64,000 bases of DNA, from the NCBI RefSeq assembly GCF_963921235.1, contig NC_086097.1, positions 117,182,001 through 117,246,000 on the forward strand, read 5' to 3'. A model generated the notes under the pieces. That model searched no databases and was not told the DNA's origin. It saw only the letters and a program-made list of their open reading frames with translations. This document shows, piece by piece, positions 47,890 through 61,550 of this stretch. Made by a program: the position numbers and the translations under genes. Position 1 is the first letter of the stretch, and each line of letters starts with the position of its first letter. The DNA comes from Mobula hypostoma (lineage: Eukaryota).

Positions 47890-48338
47890 GTCACTGAGGA
47901 TCACCACCTTGTCAAGGTGGAGAGGCTTGTGAGTTCCTGAGATCCCCAGCATGATGGCATCTGGTGCTTAGCTCCTGGTAGGATCATCCATGGCAAAGAG
48001 TGATCCAGACTAAGAGCAATCCAACCATGACCTCAGTGGTGGAACCAGCAGAAGATGATGACACTTCACAATGGCAGTGAAGGGTCTCCAGTCATCTTGC
48101 GTTCCATGGCACTGGACGCTGACCCTGATCGGTCAAGGACGGTGTGGTGTCTGCCCATGGCTCAGCTTCCCCATGTTAATCAAAGTCACACAGGTATTAT
48201 CCATTGAGGAAATCCACTCTAACCTCCCAGTTATGTGGAAATCAGATCAGTCTCTGCAGCAACCTAAGGACCATCCAATAGACAACTTGTTTGGAGAACA
48301 TTGTACTCAACTCGAGTGATCGCACTGCTACTACTACC
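47890..48338 (+). mobile_element. Probable RTE-clade (Rex3/Expander-like) derived non-autonomous retroposon
   Basis: atcaccaccttgtc.aggtggagaggcttg…cctggtagg.tc.tccatggcaaa…ccagactaagagc resembles RTE 5'UTRs. Short (CTA)n tail. Confidence 0.5.
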
Positions 48339-48707
48339 AGAGACTTGTGATTATTACCTATAATGATGCAGTATATCAGTCCTAACTCATTATAGTATAT
48401 GGTGCTATTCTTTTTGCAATATACTACGACAGTGACCACTACTCAAAAGTGCTTTGGTTGAGCTGATTTAATGAAAGGCAGTGGTCCCTTTTATGGTTTC
48501 CTCCTGGAATAATGAATTGTTGTAAGATGAAGTTTCCTGTTGGGAAATGAGCACTTTGTGGAAAAGTGTTGGATGAAGGTGGAATCATAGTTCTTACACC
48601 TCTGGTAATATGAGGGCACCGTGGCAACGCTTATGCGTCAGGTGAAATCTTGTCATCTGAAAAAATGTTGTACGCCAGTCTTATTATAGTGCACGTTACT
48701 TATTCAA

Positions 48708-48955
48708 GATACTGTGCAGAACAGGCCCTTGTAGCTCTTCGAGCCAAGCCTCCCAATAACCCCCAATTTAAACCTAGCCTAATTGTAGGAAAATTTACAA
48801 AGACCAATTAACCTACCAATTGGTACGTCTTTGGACTGTGGGAGGGAACTGGAGCACCCAGAGGAAACCCACACGGTCACAGGGAGAGCATACAAACTCC
48901 TTACAGACAGCGGTGGGAATTGAACCCGGTTCGCTGGTACTGTAAAGCATTGTGC
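48708..48955 (-). mobile_element. V-domain SINE
   Basis: gtctttggactgtgggagggaactggagcacccagaggaaacccacacggtcacagggagagcatacaaactcc…gggaattgaacccgg. Confidence 0.7.
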
Positions 48956-49511
48956 AGAAGGAATGCCTTGACATTACTTGCCTGAACCTTTCAAAACCTC
49001 ATCATTCACCTAATCAGTCCTGATGAAGGGTCTCACCCTGAAACGTTCCTTTCCATAGATGCAGTCTGATCTGCTGAGTTCCTCCAGCACTCTGTATGCC
49101 TCAAACATAGAACTTCAGGTTTCCAGTAACTTCTTCAATCCCTTCTTTTGTTCTGTGGGTAACCATGTTCAGAGCATACATTGCTGGAAATGGCACACTT
49201 CTGCCTTCACTCCATAATGGATCACAACTTGAGAGAAACGATTTTGAGCTGGTGTTCCATGGTGGGGATATTATTCTTAACAATAAAAATGCAGCCTGGA
49301 AGAAAACCAAGTGCTGGGAAATGCACCAAATTTAGCAGCACATGTGGAAAGAGAAATAGAAATAATGTTTCAGCTTGAAGACATTTTAAGATTCTACTCA
49401 ATACTGTGCTCTAAAGCAAGATACCTTGACTCTATTTCTTTGTTCTCAAATTAGCACAGAAATAGAGAAATACTTAAGGTTAGTCTCATTTGTCATTTCA
49501 ACATCAAAACA

Positions 49512-51406
49512 TATGAGAGAAAACTGGCAGAGAACATAAAAACGGACTGTAAAAGCCTTTATAGATATGTAAAAAGGAAAAGACTGATAAAGACAAATGT
49601 AAGTCCCCTGCAGACAGAAACAGGTGAATTGATTATGGGGAGCAAGGACATGGCAGACCAATTGAATAATTACTTTGGTTCTGTCTTCACTAAGGAGGAC
49701 ATAAATAATCTTCCAGAAATAGTAAGGGACAGAGGGTCCAGTGAGATGGAGGAACTGAGTGAAATACATGTTAGTAGGGAAGTGGTGTTAGGTAAATTGA
49801 AGGGATTGAAGGCAGATAAATCCCCAGGGCCAGATGGTCTGCATCCCAGAGTGCTTAAGGAAGTAGCCCAAGAAATAGTGGATGCATTAGTGATAAATTT
49901 TCAAAACTCGTTAGATTCTGGACTAGTTCCTGAGGATTGGAGGGTGGCTAATGTAACCCCACTTTTTAAAAAAGGAGGGAGAGAGAAACCGGGGAATTAT
50001 AGGCCGGTTAGCCTAACGTTGGTGGTGGGGAAACTGCTGGAGTCAGTTATCAAGGATGTGATAACAGCACATTTGGAAAGCGGTGAAATGATCGGACAAA
50101 GTCAGCATGGATTTGTGAAAGGAAAATCATGTCTGACGAATCTCATAGAATTTTTTGAGGATGTAACTAGTAGAGTGGATAGGGGAGAACCAGTGGATGT
50201 GGTATATTTGGATTTTCAAAAGGCTTTTGACAAGGTCCCACACAGGAGATTAGTGTGCAAACTTAAAGCACACGGTATTGGGGGTAAGGTATTGGTGTGG
50301 GTGGAGAATTGGTTAGCAGACAGGAAGCAAAGAGTGGGAATAAACGGGACCTTTTCAGAATGGCAGGCGGTGACTAGTGGGGTACCGCAAGGCTCAGTGC
50401 TGGGACCCCAGTTGTTTACAATATATATTAATGACTTGGATGAGGGAATTAAATGCAGCATCTCCAAGTTTGCGGATGACACGAAGCTGGGTGGCAGTGT
50501 TAGCAGTGAGGAGGATGCTAAGAGGATGCAGGGTGACTTGGATAGGTTGGGTGAGTGGGCAAACTCATGGCAGATGCAATTTAATGTGGATAAATGTGAA
50601 GTTATCCACTTTGGTGGCAAAAATAGGAAAACAGATTATTATCTGAATGGTGGCCAATTAGGAAAAGGGGAGGTGCAATGAGACCTGGGTGTCATTATAC
50701 ACCAGTCATTGAAAGTGGGCATGCAGGTACAGCAGGCAGTGAAAAAGGCGAATGGTATGCTGGCCTTCATAACAAGAGGATTCAAGTACAGGAGCAGGGA
50801 GGTACTACTGCAGTTGTACAAGGCCTTGGTGAGACCACACCTGGAGTATTGTGTGCAGTTTTGGTCCCCTAATCTGAGGAAAGACATCCTTGCCATAGAG
50901 GGAGTACAAAGAAGGTTCACCAGATTGATTCCTGGGATGGCAGGTCTTTCATATGAAGAAAGACTGGATGAACTGGGCTTGTACTCGCTGGAATTTAGAA
51001 GATTGAGGGGGGATCTGATTGAAACGTATAAGATCCTAAAGGGATTGGACAGGCTAGATGCGGGAAGATTGTTCCCGATGTTGGGGAGGTCCAGAACGAG
51101 GGGTCACAGTTTGAGGATAGAGGGGAAGCCTTTTAGGACCGAGATTAGGAAAAACTTCTTCACACAGAGAGTGGTGAATCTGTGGAATTCTCTGCCACAG
51201 CAAACTGTTGAGGCCAGTTCATTGGCTATGTTTAAGAGGGAGTTAGATATGGCCCTTGTGGCTACAGGGGTCAGGGGGTATGGAGGGAAGGCTGGGTTCT
51301 GAGTTGGATGATCAGCCATGATCATAATAAATGGCGGTGCAGGCTCGAAGGGCCGAATGGCCTACTCCTGCACCTATTTTCTATGTTTCTATGTTTCTAT
51401 GTTTCT
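49512..51406 (+). mobile_element. Young 5'-truncated CR1 LINE with an RT frame broken only by one stop
   Basis: ORFs 49629-50681 and 50709-51302 are in the same frame, separated by TGA in EVQ*DLG (other copies read QRDLG). (TTTCTATG)n tail at 51378-51406. Inserted in a V-SINE. Confidence 0.93.
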
Positions 51407-52627
51407 AAAATATACAGCAAAATACGTTGTTTGTGTCAAATCAGCAATGACCACGCTGGGCAGCCCGGAAGTGCCACCAGCATAGATTGGCCACAATTCA
51501 CTAATGCTAATGAAGTTCGTCTTAGGACTGTGGCAGGAACCTGGAGTACCCAGAGGAATCACATGCAATCAGGGGGAAAACATACAAACTTCTTAAGGAC
51601 AGTGGCGGGAATCGAACCCAGATGGATTATTGCTGGCGCAGTAAAGCACTTGAAGGATAACTCCAAGTCCTTTAGCTAGATTGGAAGACAGCTATTAAAC
51701 TGCTAGTGGTAGCCTGCTGCCTGTGCTCATGCCATATAACTAAGAGGAATTAAACCTGGATCTCTTGTGCTGTAAGGCACTGCGCTAACTGCTATTTTGC
51801 TGTGCCAGCCATCCACTTTTAAAATTAGAGTTTGCAGTTAAAAATATGGTTCCTGAAATGTGGTCAAATGATTGACAACTTGCAGCCACCAGGACCATTA
51901 CTGAACACACACTATATCAGTATCTGGATATTAATCTAAATATTGTGTTCATTTCAAAAGTCAGCCATTGCAGCAAATGGCCATTTGCCTTTAGGGTTAA
52001 ATATGTATACTTCCAACCTGATTTAATCATGTGAATTCAAAATACTGTGCACCTTTTGATTCAATTAACATTTTAGTGATGCCTATCCTTAATTTGCTCC
52101 TGTTTTGTGATCTGAAGGTGACCAACGCACTGTTCTAAACTATCAGTAAATTTGCTTTTTTTTTGATTACACGGGTGGATCTTTCATATTGAGGGAAGAA
52201 TTTTGAGATCCAGTATTCAGTAACACTTTTTTGACAAAGGCAACACTCTAATTTGAACTTGATGGATTTGGATCAAACTTTGAGCTCATCAGCCTTCGTG
52301 CATGTGGTATTTGACCTGAGAAGTGCCTTGGACATCATTGGAGACAGGTGGCATTGCATCACTCTAAAGATCTCTGAATCTGAGCTGATTTCATATCGAC
52401 TGATCAGATTAAAACCTAGATTAGCAAGAAGCAATGAACTCAGCAAGATAAATCTGCTTCTGTTTTCCAGCATCTGCAGGATCTCTTGTGTTTAAAACCC
52501 TGTTGGGATTTTCCACAAAACTATGTACTCATGTTCCCTTTCTTGCTAGTTTTTTTTTACTATTTATTCTCCTCTATCTGACTTGCTTATGGTGATTATT
52601 TTTGGATATATTGGATAATCTGTTGAA

Positions 52628-52990
52628 TATTGAAGAGGCTAGATAGAGTGGATGTGGAAAGGATGTTTCCTATAGTGGGAAGCTCAGGACCAGAGGTAAC
52701 AGCCTCAGAATAGAAGGACGTTCCTTTCAAACGGAGATGAGGAGGAATTTCTTTAGCCAGAGGGTGGTGAATCTGTGGAATTCATTGCCCCAGATGGCTG
52801 TAGAGGCCAAGTTATCGAGTATATTTAAAATGGAGGTTGATAGGTTCTCAATTAGTAAGGGTATCAAAGGTTACAGGAAAAAGACAGGAGAATGGGATTG
52901 AGAGGGATAATAAACCAGCTGTGATGGAACGGAGGAACATACTCAATGGGTTGAATGGCCTAATTCTGTTCTTATGTCATACGGTCTTCT
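52628..52990 (+). mobile_element. CR1 3'-end fragment
   Basis: ctagatagagtggatgtggaaaggatgtttcc…ttctttagccagagggtggtgaatctgtggaattc…. Confidence 0.8.
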
Positions 52991-53384
52991 AACAAGTGCA
53001 ATTTCATAAACCCCGTTTGTTTGCTTGGCGGACTCATTTTCAAGTTGTGCTTTTCAATTTTTTTCTTCTTATGTCCTTGCTCAGTAAGTTTCACAACCAT
53101 TTTCCTAAACAGTAGTTTAAAAACAGAACTGAATTTCCACAATAGTTCTCTTAAAGTATGCCTTGCCTTTGCTTATTGATCCCTGGATGTGCCAGTTCCC
53201 ACTGAAACTTAACACGAATCTTTCACTGGAGCTATGGTCATCAATGCAAAGAACAATTGCAGAGGTTTAATTTCAGATTTGTGGTAAAACATGCAGAAAT
53301 ACAGATTTATGGTGCATTTTTCTTCAGCTGTGCTCCTGATACTGAGCTTATGTTACTGAAACCAGATGTCAAAACCTTACTCAT

Positions 53385-53600
53385 ACACAGGGTGGCCACT
53401 TTATTAGATACAGGAGTGAAACCCAGTGATGCTCATTCTTCTGCACACCACTGCTGCAACACATGGCCATCTGAGTAACTCTTCAGTAAGCTTGAACCAG
53501 CCTGACCTTTCTTCTGTGAAGTCTTTCACTAACAAGACATTTTTCACCCACAGAACTCACTGATTTTTTTTTGTATCTTTCTCTGTATACTCTAGAACTT
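53385..53600 (-). mobile_element. Tc1-derived element fragment
   Basis: gtggccactttattagatac TIR plus an internal segment homologous to 36600-36780. Confidence 0.55.
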
Positions 53601-53879
53601 TGGGATTGTAACATTTAACTGTCATTCATTCTTTGGAGCTCGCCTCTGCTTTTTGTGGATGCTTGTGGAGGAGAAGAATTTCAGGATATGTATTGTATAC
53701 ATCTCTCTGACATTAAATGTACTTGTAATGAAACCTATTGAGGTTGCTGTGTGTGATTTCAGAGAAGGTTACGAGGTCAGCAGGGCCTGTACTGTGCTGT
53801 AATATTCTATGTTCAATATTGTATGTTTGTACAGCTACTTAGAGTTTTTCCAGGTGTCGATCAGTCTTTCTGCTTGGTG

Positions 53880-55180
53880 TCAGTAACTGTTTTTGAGTCT
53901 GGTGAATCTGGTGTAGATGCTATGTAGCCTCCTCCCTGGTGGGAGTTGAACAAACAGTCCATGAGCAGGGTGGGTGGGATTCTTCATGATAGTTCTGGAT
54001 TATTTCCAGCACTTTTCCATATACATATCTTTGATGGCAGGTAGGCTGGTGCCAATGATGCACAGGACAGTTTTGACTACCCATTGTAGAACCTTCCTAT
54101 TCGCCGCAGTGCAGTGCAGTGATGTCAGGGTACTCTTCACTGCAAATCTGTAGAAGACCGTGAGTATTGATGCATAAAGAACAGCTCTCCACAGCCTCAG
54201 CAGACTTGGTAAGCAAATCAGAACAAATACATATGTGAAACATTAGATAAAATAATCTGAGGTGCTTTCATTCTGCTTTGATTCCTTGCAAAGAACAAAA
54301 TCTCTGAATTGCAACATGATAATTTTTTATTTTTAAAGTTCAAAGTAAATTTATTATCAAAGGACATATATGTCACCATATACACCCTGAGATTCATTTT
54401 CTTGCAGGCATACTCAATAAATCCACAGTAGAATAACAACCATACCAGATCAATGAAAGACTGTACCAGCTTGGGTGGTCAAGCAGCATGCAAAAGACAT
54501 AAACTGCGCAAATACAGAAAGAGGACAGATCCTCTGAAATGAAATAACACCAAGGAATTTAAAGTTTCTGACCCACCTCTGTTCCCCTGTTAAGGACTGG
54601 CTCATGGACCTCAGATATCCTCCTCCTGAAGTCAATAATCAGCTCCTTGGTCTTGCTGACGTTGAGTGAAAAGTTGTTGTTATGGCACCACTCAGCCAGA
54701 TTTTCAATCTCCCTCCTATAAGCTGATTCATCACCACCTTTGATTTTGGCCTACAACAGTGGCGTCAGCAGCGAACTTGAATGTGGCATCGGAGCTTCAT
54801 TCAGCCGCACTGTCGTAAGTGTAAAGCGAGTAGAGCAGAGGCCTCATAGTGCACAGATATTGATGCCAATCTGAACTGGCTGGGGTCTTCAAGTGAGAAA
54901 ATTGAGGATCCGATTATACAAGGAGGTCTTGAGGCCAAGGTCTTGAATCTTTTTCCATTAGTTTTCAGGGGATCATGGTAATGAATGCTTAGCTGTAGCC
55001 AATAATGAGCATCCTGATTATGCATCTTTGCTGTCCAGATGTTCCAGGGTTGAGTGAAGAGCCAATCAGATGCATCATCTGTGGACCTGCCTCTCCCGTA
55101 CGCAAACTGAACCAGATCCAAGTCGCTTCTCAGATTGGATTTGATATGTTTCATCGCCAACCTCTCAAAACACTTCATTT
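53880..55180 (-). mobile_element. Degenerate Rex1/Babar-type LINE fragments
   Basis: [14 protein letters not shown]…[21 protein letters not shown]. 53880-54210 is homologous to 2690-3050. Confidence 0.7.
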
Positions 55181-55486
55181 ATTTTACTTCATGGAAAGTA
55201 TTAGTTGTTTCCATCAGAGTTGTTTTATTGTCAATAATTTTTGTTAAAATACTTCAAAAGTTGTTATAAAACAGCATTACCATCCAGGTTTTAGATTATG
55301 CATCATGGCAGTATTCAGCAAATAAGATTTAGTGTAAAATTAACATTACACTGGAAATATAGAAATAAGAAAGAAAACGAAGCAGATTAATTCCTAACTT
55401 CATATTGCTGGTGGTGAACCTCAATAATAGGATTCAATATTAGCAAATAATGTTGACGATACACTCAGCCACCACTTCACTCGGTA

Positions 55487-58400
55487 TAAGACAATAAGAC
55501 CACAAGACATAGGAGTAGAATTGTCCATTTGGTTCATCGCGTCTGCTCCACCATTCAGTCATGGCTGATCCTTTTTTCCCCTCCCCAGCACCACTCTCCG
55601 ACCTTCTGCCCGTAACCTTTGAAGCTCTGTGTAATCAAGAACCTATTAATCTCTGCCTTAAATACACCCAATGACTTGGCCTCCATAGCTGCATGTGGTA
55701 ACAAATTCCACAAATTCACCACTCTCTGGCTAAAGAAATTTCTCTGCATCTCTGTTTTGAAAGGGCGCCCCTCTATCCTGAGGCTGTGCCCTCTTGTTCT
55801 AGACTCCCCACCATGGGAAACATCCTTTCCACATCTACTCTGTCGAGACCTTTCAATATTCCAAAGGTTTCAGTGAAATCCCCCAGCATCCTTCTGTATT
55901 CCAGTGAGTACAGACCCAATGCCATCAAGCGTTCCTCATATGATAACCCTTTCATTCCTGGAATCAAACTTGTGAACCTCTTCTGGACTCTCTCTAATGC
56001 TAGCACATCTTTTCTAAGATGAGGGGCCCAAAACTGTTCACAATACTCAAGGTAAGGCATCACCAGTGCCTTATAAAGCCTCAACATCACATCCCTGCTC
56101 TTGTATTCTAGACCTCTTGAAATGAATGCTAAAATTGCATTTTCCTTCCTCACCACCGACTCAACCAGCAAGTTAACCTTTAGGGTGTTCTGCACAAAGA
56201 CTCCCAAGTCCTTTTGTGTCTCAGATTTTTGGACTTTCTCCCCATTTAGAAATTAGTCTATACATTTATTTCTTCTACCAAAGTGTATGACTATGCATTT
56301 TCCATATCTTATTTTGTATCTTATTTGCCACTGCCTTGCCCATTGTCCTAATCTATCTAAGTCCTTCTGCAATTTACATGTTTCCTCAACACTACCACCA
56401 ATCTTCGTACCATCTGCAAATGTGGCAACAAAGTCATCTATTCCATCATCTAAATCATTTAGATACAGCATAAAAAGAAGTGGTCCCAACACCGACCCCT
56501 GCGGAACACCACTGGTCACTGGCAGCCAACCAGAAAAGGATCCTTTTATTCCCACTCGCTGCCTACTACCAATCAGCCAATGCTCTAACCATGCCAGTAA
56601 CTTTCCTGTAATACCGTGGGCTCTTAACTTGGTAAGCAGCCTCATGTGTGGCACCTTGTTAATAGCCTTCTGAAAGTCCAAATATACAACATCTATTATA
56701 TCCCCTTTATCTATCCTACATGTAATTTCCTCAAAGAATTCCAACAGGTTCATCAGGCAGGATTTTCCCTGAGGAAACCATGCTGACTTTGTACTATCTT
56801 GTCCTGTGTCACCAAGTACTCCATCAGCTCATCCTTAACGATTGATTTTAACATCTTCTCAACCTCTGAGGTCAGGCTAACTGGTTTATAATTTCCTTTC
56901 TGCTGCCTTCCTCCTTTCTTAAAGAGTGGCATGACGTTTACAATTTTCTATTTGCAACCTGCAATCATATTGTGGCACCATTCCTGAGTCCAGTGATTTT
57001 TGAAATGTCATTTCTAGTGCCTTCACAATCTCTACCACTACCTCTTTTAGAACCCTAGAGTGCAGTTCATCTAGTCCGGGTGACTTATGTACCCTTATGT
57101 TGCTCAGCTTTTTGAGCACATTCTCTCTTGTAATAGTAACTGCACTTATTTCTCTTCCTTCACACCCTTCAACATTAGGCATACTACTACTGCCTTCCAC
57201 AGTGAAGGCTGAAGCAAAATACGCACTTGGTTCATCTGCCATCTCCTTGTCCCCCTTTATTATTTCTCTTGCCATTTCCTAGCAGTCCTATATCCACTCT
57301 CTCTTTTATTTTTTACATACTTGGAAAAAAGCTTTTACTGTTCACTTTGATATTATTTGCTAGAATGCTTTCATGTTTCATCTTTTCTCTCCTAACAATT
57401 CTTTCAGTTGCTTTCTGTAGGTTTTTAAAAGCTTCGCAATCCTCTATCTTCCCATTAATTTTTGCTCTGCTGTATGCTTTTTGCTTTTACAATAGTTTTG
57501 ACTTCCCTTGTCAGCCATGGTTGTACTATTTTGCCATTTAAGTATTTCTTTGTTTTTGGAATACACATGTCCTGCACCTTCCTCATTTTCCCCAGGATCT
57601 TATGCCATTGCTGCTCTGCTGACATCCCTGCCAGCATCGTCTTCCAATTTACTTTGGCCAACTCCACTCTAATACCACTGTAATTTCTATCACTCTACTG
57701 AAATACTGCTACATCAGACTTTACTTTTTCCCTATCAAATATCAAGTTGAACTCAATCATATTGTGATCACTGGTTCCTAAGGGTTCTTTTACCTTAAGC
57801 TCTCTAATCGTCTCAGTTCATTACATAACACCCAATCCAATATAGCTGGATCCCTTAGTCGGGTCAATGACAAACTGCTCTAAAAAGCCATCTCAGCATT
57901 CAACAAACTCACTCTCCTGAGATCCACTTCCAACCTGATTTTCCCAATGAACCTGACTGTCAAAATCTCCCATGACTCTTGACACAACTTGTCAATTTCC
58001 TGGTGTAATCTGTGCTCCACATCCCAGCCACTGTTGGGAGACCTGTATATAACTGCCATCAAGGTCCTTTTACCCTTGCAGTTTCTTAACTCAACCCACA
58101 AGGATTCAACATCTTCCAATCCTATGTCACATCTTTCTACTGATTTGATGCCATTCTTTACCAGTAGAGCCACACCACCCCCTCTGCCTACCTTCCTATC
58201 CCTCCGATACAACGTGTAACCTTGGACATTTCGCTCCCAATAACAACCATCTTTCAGCTACGATTCAGAGTTGGTCACAACATCATACCTGGCAATCTGT
58301 AATAGTGCAACAAGATCATTCCCGTATTTCTTATACTCCGTGCTTTGAGATATAACACTTCGAGTACCGTATTCGCTACCCTTTTTGATTCTGCATCCCT

Positions 58401-59592
58401 AATCCCTAGTGTTAACTAGGGGGCCGTGCACAATCCGGATTTGATGGAAACAGCCATGAGAAGCATGGAGGAACACCTGGAGAAACTTCTGAAATGCCTG
58501 CTTCACTGTTGCTGCTACTGTGCGATCGAGAATCTCCGGAGGGGAAGGCCCCAAACCCTCGGCTTTGCCTATTGCCTGTTGCTGGGGCCAGGGTCAAAGC
58601 GCTCAGCAGAGATGGAGCTGGGTTCTCAGTGTCGGACGGCTGGTCGGAGGCTCGAAGTTTTCGGACAGACTCAGAGTCGGACTGTAGTCAGATGCTTCCA
58701 GTATGCTGCATTGGCAAATTTGCAGCGCTGGAGGCTCACCGTCTGCGTGAGATGATGGGACTTTCGAGAGACTTTGAGACTTTTACCATGCCCATGGTCT
58801 GTTCTTATCAAATTATGGTATTGCTTTGCACTGTTGTAACTATATGTTATAATTACATGGTTTTTGTCAGTTTTTAAGTCAGTTTGTCATGTGTTTCTGT
58901 GATATCATTCTGGAAAAACATTGTATCATTTCTTAATGCATGCATTACTAAATGACAATAAAAGAGGACTGCGTGTCCTCATAATCTAATCTAATCTAAT
59001 GTACTGATACTCACTCTGTTAGCTGTGACTATGTCCCATCACCTGCCTGCCCTTCCTAACAGTCTGACTACATGCAATCTTTACTTTTTTACCATCGTCC
59101 TTTCCTGAGTCCCTTCACTCCAGTTCCCACACCCCTGCTAAATTAGTTTAAAACCTCCCCAACAGCTCTAACAAACCTGTCCATGAGAATATTGGTCCCC
59201 CTCGGGTTCAGGTACAACTCGTCACTTTTAAGCAGGTCATACCTCCCCCAGAAGAGATCCCAATGATCCAAGAATCTGAAGCCCTGCCCCCTGCATCAAT
59301 TTCTCAGCCACACATTTATCTGCCAAATCATCCTGTTTCTACTCTCAGTGGCAGGTGGCACAGGGAGCAGTCCAGAAATTACTACCCAGGAAGTCCTGCT
59401 TCTCAACTTTCTACCTAGCTCTGTAAATTCTCTTTTCATGACCTCTTTGTTTTTCCTCCCTATGTCCTTGGTACCAACATGTACCAAGACATCTGGCTGC
59501 TCCCCCTCCCTCTCCAAAATGCGATCCAAGATGTCCCTGACCCTGGCACCTGGTTGGCAACATACCATCCAGGTGTCCCGTTCATGTCCACA
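55487..59592 (-). mobile_element. CR1 LINE (ORF1 esterase part plus ORF2), degenerate
   Basis: ORFs 55773-56207, 56253-56753 (YLDFQKA, GVPQGSVLGP), 57880-58212 (APE) and 59296-59568 (esterase, VHVGTKD). (TAAGAC)-type tail. Confidence 0.9.
58404..58995 (+). mobile_element. Non-coding CpG-rich retroposon with (AATCT)n tail, nested in CR1
   Basis: Interrupts CR1 …gcatccctaat|gtactgatac with CTAAT on both sides. AATAAA precedes the (AATCT)n tail. No recognisable ORF. Confidence 0.7.
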
Positions 59593-60728
59593 ATACCTGT
59601 GTACCTTGTTGTCAATGCAAATATCTAATCAGCCAATTATGTGGCAGCAACTCAAAGCATAAAAACATGGAGACATGGTCAAGGGGTTCAGTTGTTGCTC
59701 TGACCAAACATCAGAATGGGGAAGAAATGTGATCTCTGTAACTTTGATCATGGAATGATTGCTGGTCCCAGATAGGGTGATTTGAATATTTTAGGAAATA
59801 CTGATCTCTTGGGATTTTCACAAGCAACAACCTGCAGAGTTTACAGAGAATGGTGCAAAAAACAAAAAATAAAAACATCTCATATGCAACTGTTTTGAAA
59901 GCAAAACCGCCTTGTTAATGAGAGAGGTCAGAGTAGAATGGCCAGACTGGTTCAAGCTAACAGAAATGTGTCATCAAGTAAATTAACCACGTGTTACAAC
60001 AGCAGGAGAGCATCTCTGAGCACACAGCACATCGATGTTTGAAGTGAGTGGGCTACAGCTGTAGAAGACATACAATCAGTAACCACTTTATTAGGTGCAG
60101 GAGGTGGCCACTGAGAGTATCTTAACAAGTTATTAATGAACATCTTTAATATCAAACATGTGTCAGAGATACATCTCAATTTTCAATCGTTCAACATGAT
60201 AATTTAAGCAGTGAAGGTCTTAGTGTGATAAACTATCAGAATCCCATACTTAATAAACACAGAAATACTTTGTTACAAAAGATTACTTTTAAATAATTTA
60301 TTTGTTCACAACTAGTGGCAATGCTGGCAAAGCATTATTTATTGTAAATCCATAATTGTCCTGAACTCATCCTGGCAGGTGTTCCCTGACAGCATTAAGC
60401 AGAGATTCTGATATTGGCTCACTGTGTATTTGATTTATGTAACATAATTCATAACACTAAATAGCGATTTCAGATGAATTATGAACCTTTCAAATGCAGT
60501 CATTGTTGTAATGCAGGGGAAATAACAGCTGGCAATTTATGGCAGTAAACACCTAAAAAAAACTAATACTCACTATGTAATCTGTTTCATTCATGATGGA
60601 TAGGAAATAAATATTGACCAGAAGATAATTACTTAGTTGCTCGAAGTAGTCTCATCAGTTCCCAACAGCCCATAGTGAATATAGTCCGGGCCTTGCTTAA
60701 TCTTTTATACACTACACACAGAGAAATA

Positions 60729-61281
60729 CACGAGGTAGCCACTTTATTAGATACCTTCTGTACCTCTTGAAGTGGCCACTCATTTTCTGTTTCTGTCTGC
60801 TGCTGTAGCCCGTCCACTTCAAGGTTCGACATGTTGTGCATTCAGAGGGGCCTTTCTGTACACCACTGTTGTAACATTTGGTTATTTGAGCTACTGTTTC
60901 CTTCCTGTCAGCTGAACCAGTCTGGCCATTCTTCTCTGACCTCTCTCACTAACAAGGTGTTTTTGTCCACAGAAAAAACACTCACTAGATGTTTTTTTTT
61001 TATCTTCACACCATTCCCTATAAGCACTAGAGACTGTTGTGCATAAAAATCTCAGGGGATCAGCAGTTTCTGAGATACTCAAGCCACCCCCTCAGGAACC
61101 AACAATCATTCCATGGTCAAAGTCACATTTCTTCCCCATTCTGGTATTTGGGCTGAACAACAACTGAACCTCTTGACCATGTCTACATGCTTTTATGCTT
61201 TGAGTTGCTGCTACATGATTGACTGATTAGATAGTTGCGTTAGTGAGCAGGTGTAGAGGTGAACTTAGTAAAGTAGCCACA
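60729..61281 (-). mobile_element. Tc1-derived non-autonomous element
   Basis: SISETADPLRFLCTTVSSAYREWCEDKKKTSSE…ERGQRRMARLVQ. Degenerate TIRs. Confidence 0.8.
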
Positions 61282-61550
61282 CCATGTGACATAAAGGATG
61301 AGATACAATAATAAGGGACATGTAGCTGACAGGCACATTATGATCATTTCTTTGTAGGTGATTCACACAAACATTCTGATGCAGAGGGTCATACTGCCTT
61401 CATAAATCAATCGCCCCAACCCCCACACCACCACCCCCGAGGAAAAGTTTGTCCAGGCTACGCTCAGTTAAAGCTGCTGGTGGGAACACAGAACTCTGAA
61501 GTAAGCTTGAAGATATGGCTGATATTCACCAGGTGTCCCCAAAAGACATA

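Larger units (their letters stand above)
55462..60117 (+). mobile_element. Tc1-derived element split by a CR1 (left TIR 55462-55486, body 59593-60117)
   Basis: TA-CACTCAGCCACCACTTCACTCGGTA precedes the CR1 tail. The body resumes at tacctgtgtacc…atgcaaatatctaatcagccaat and ends gtggccactgagag-TA. Confidence 0.7.

Noticed and set aside
49629..51302. Functional or domesticated reverse transcriptase gene
   Set aside because: 5'-truncated CR1 with no endonuclease or promoter, an in-frame stop and a typical retroposon tail.
52253..52495. 80-aa ORF in semi-unique sequence
   Set aside because: Non-ATG start, ends in a PLE remnant, no motif or splice support.
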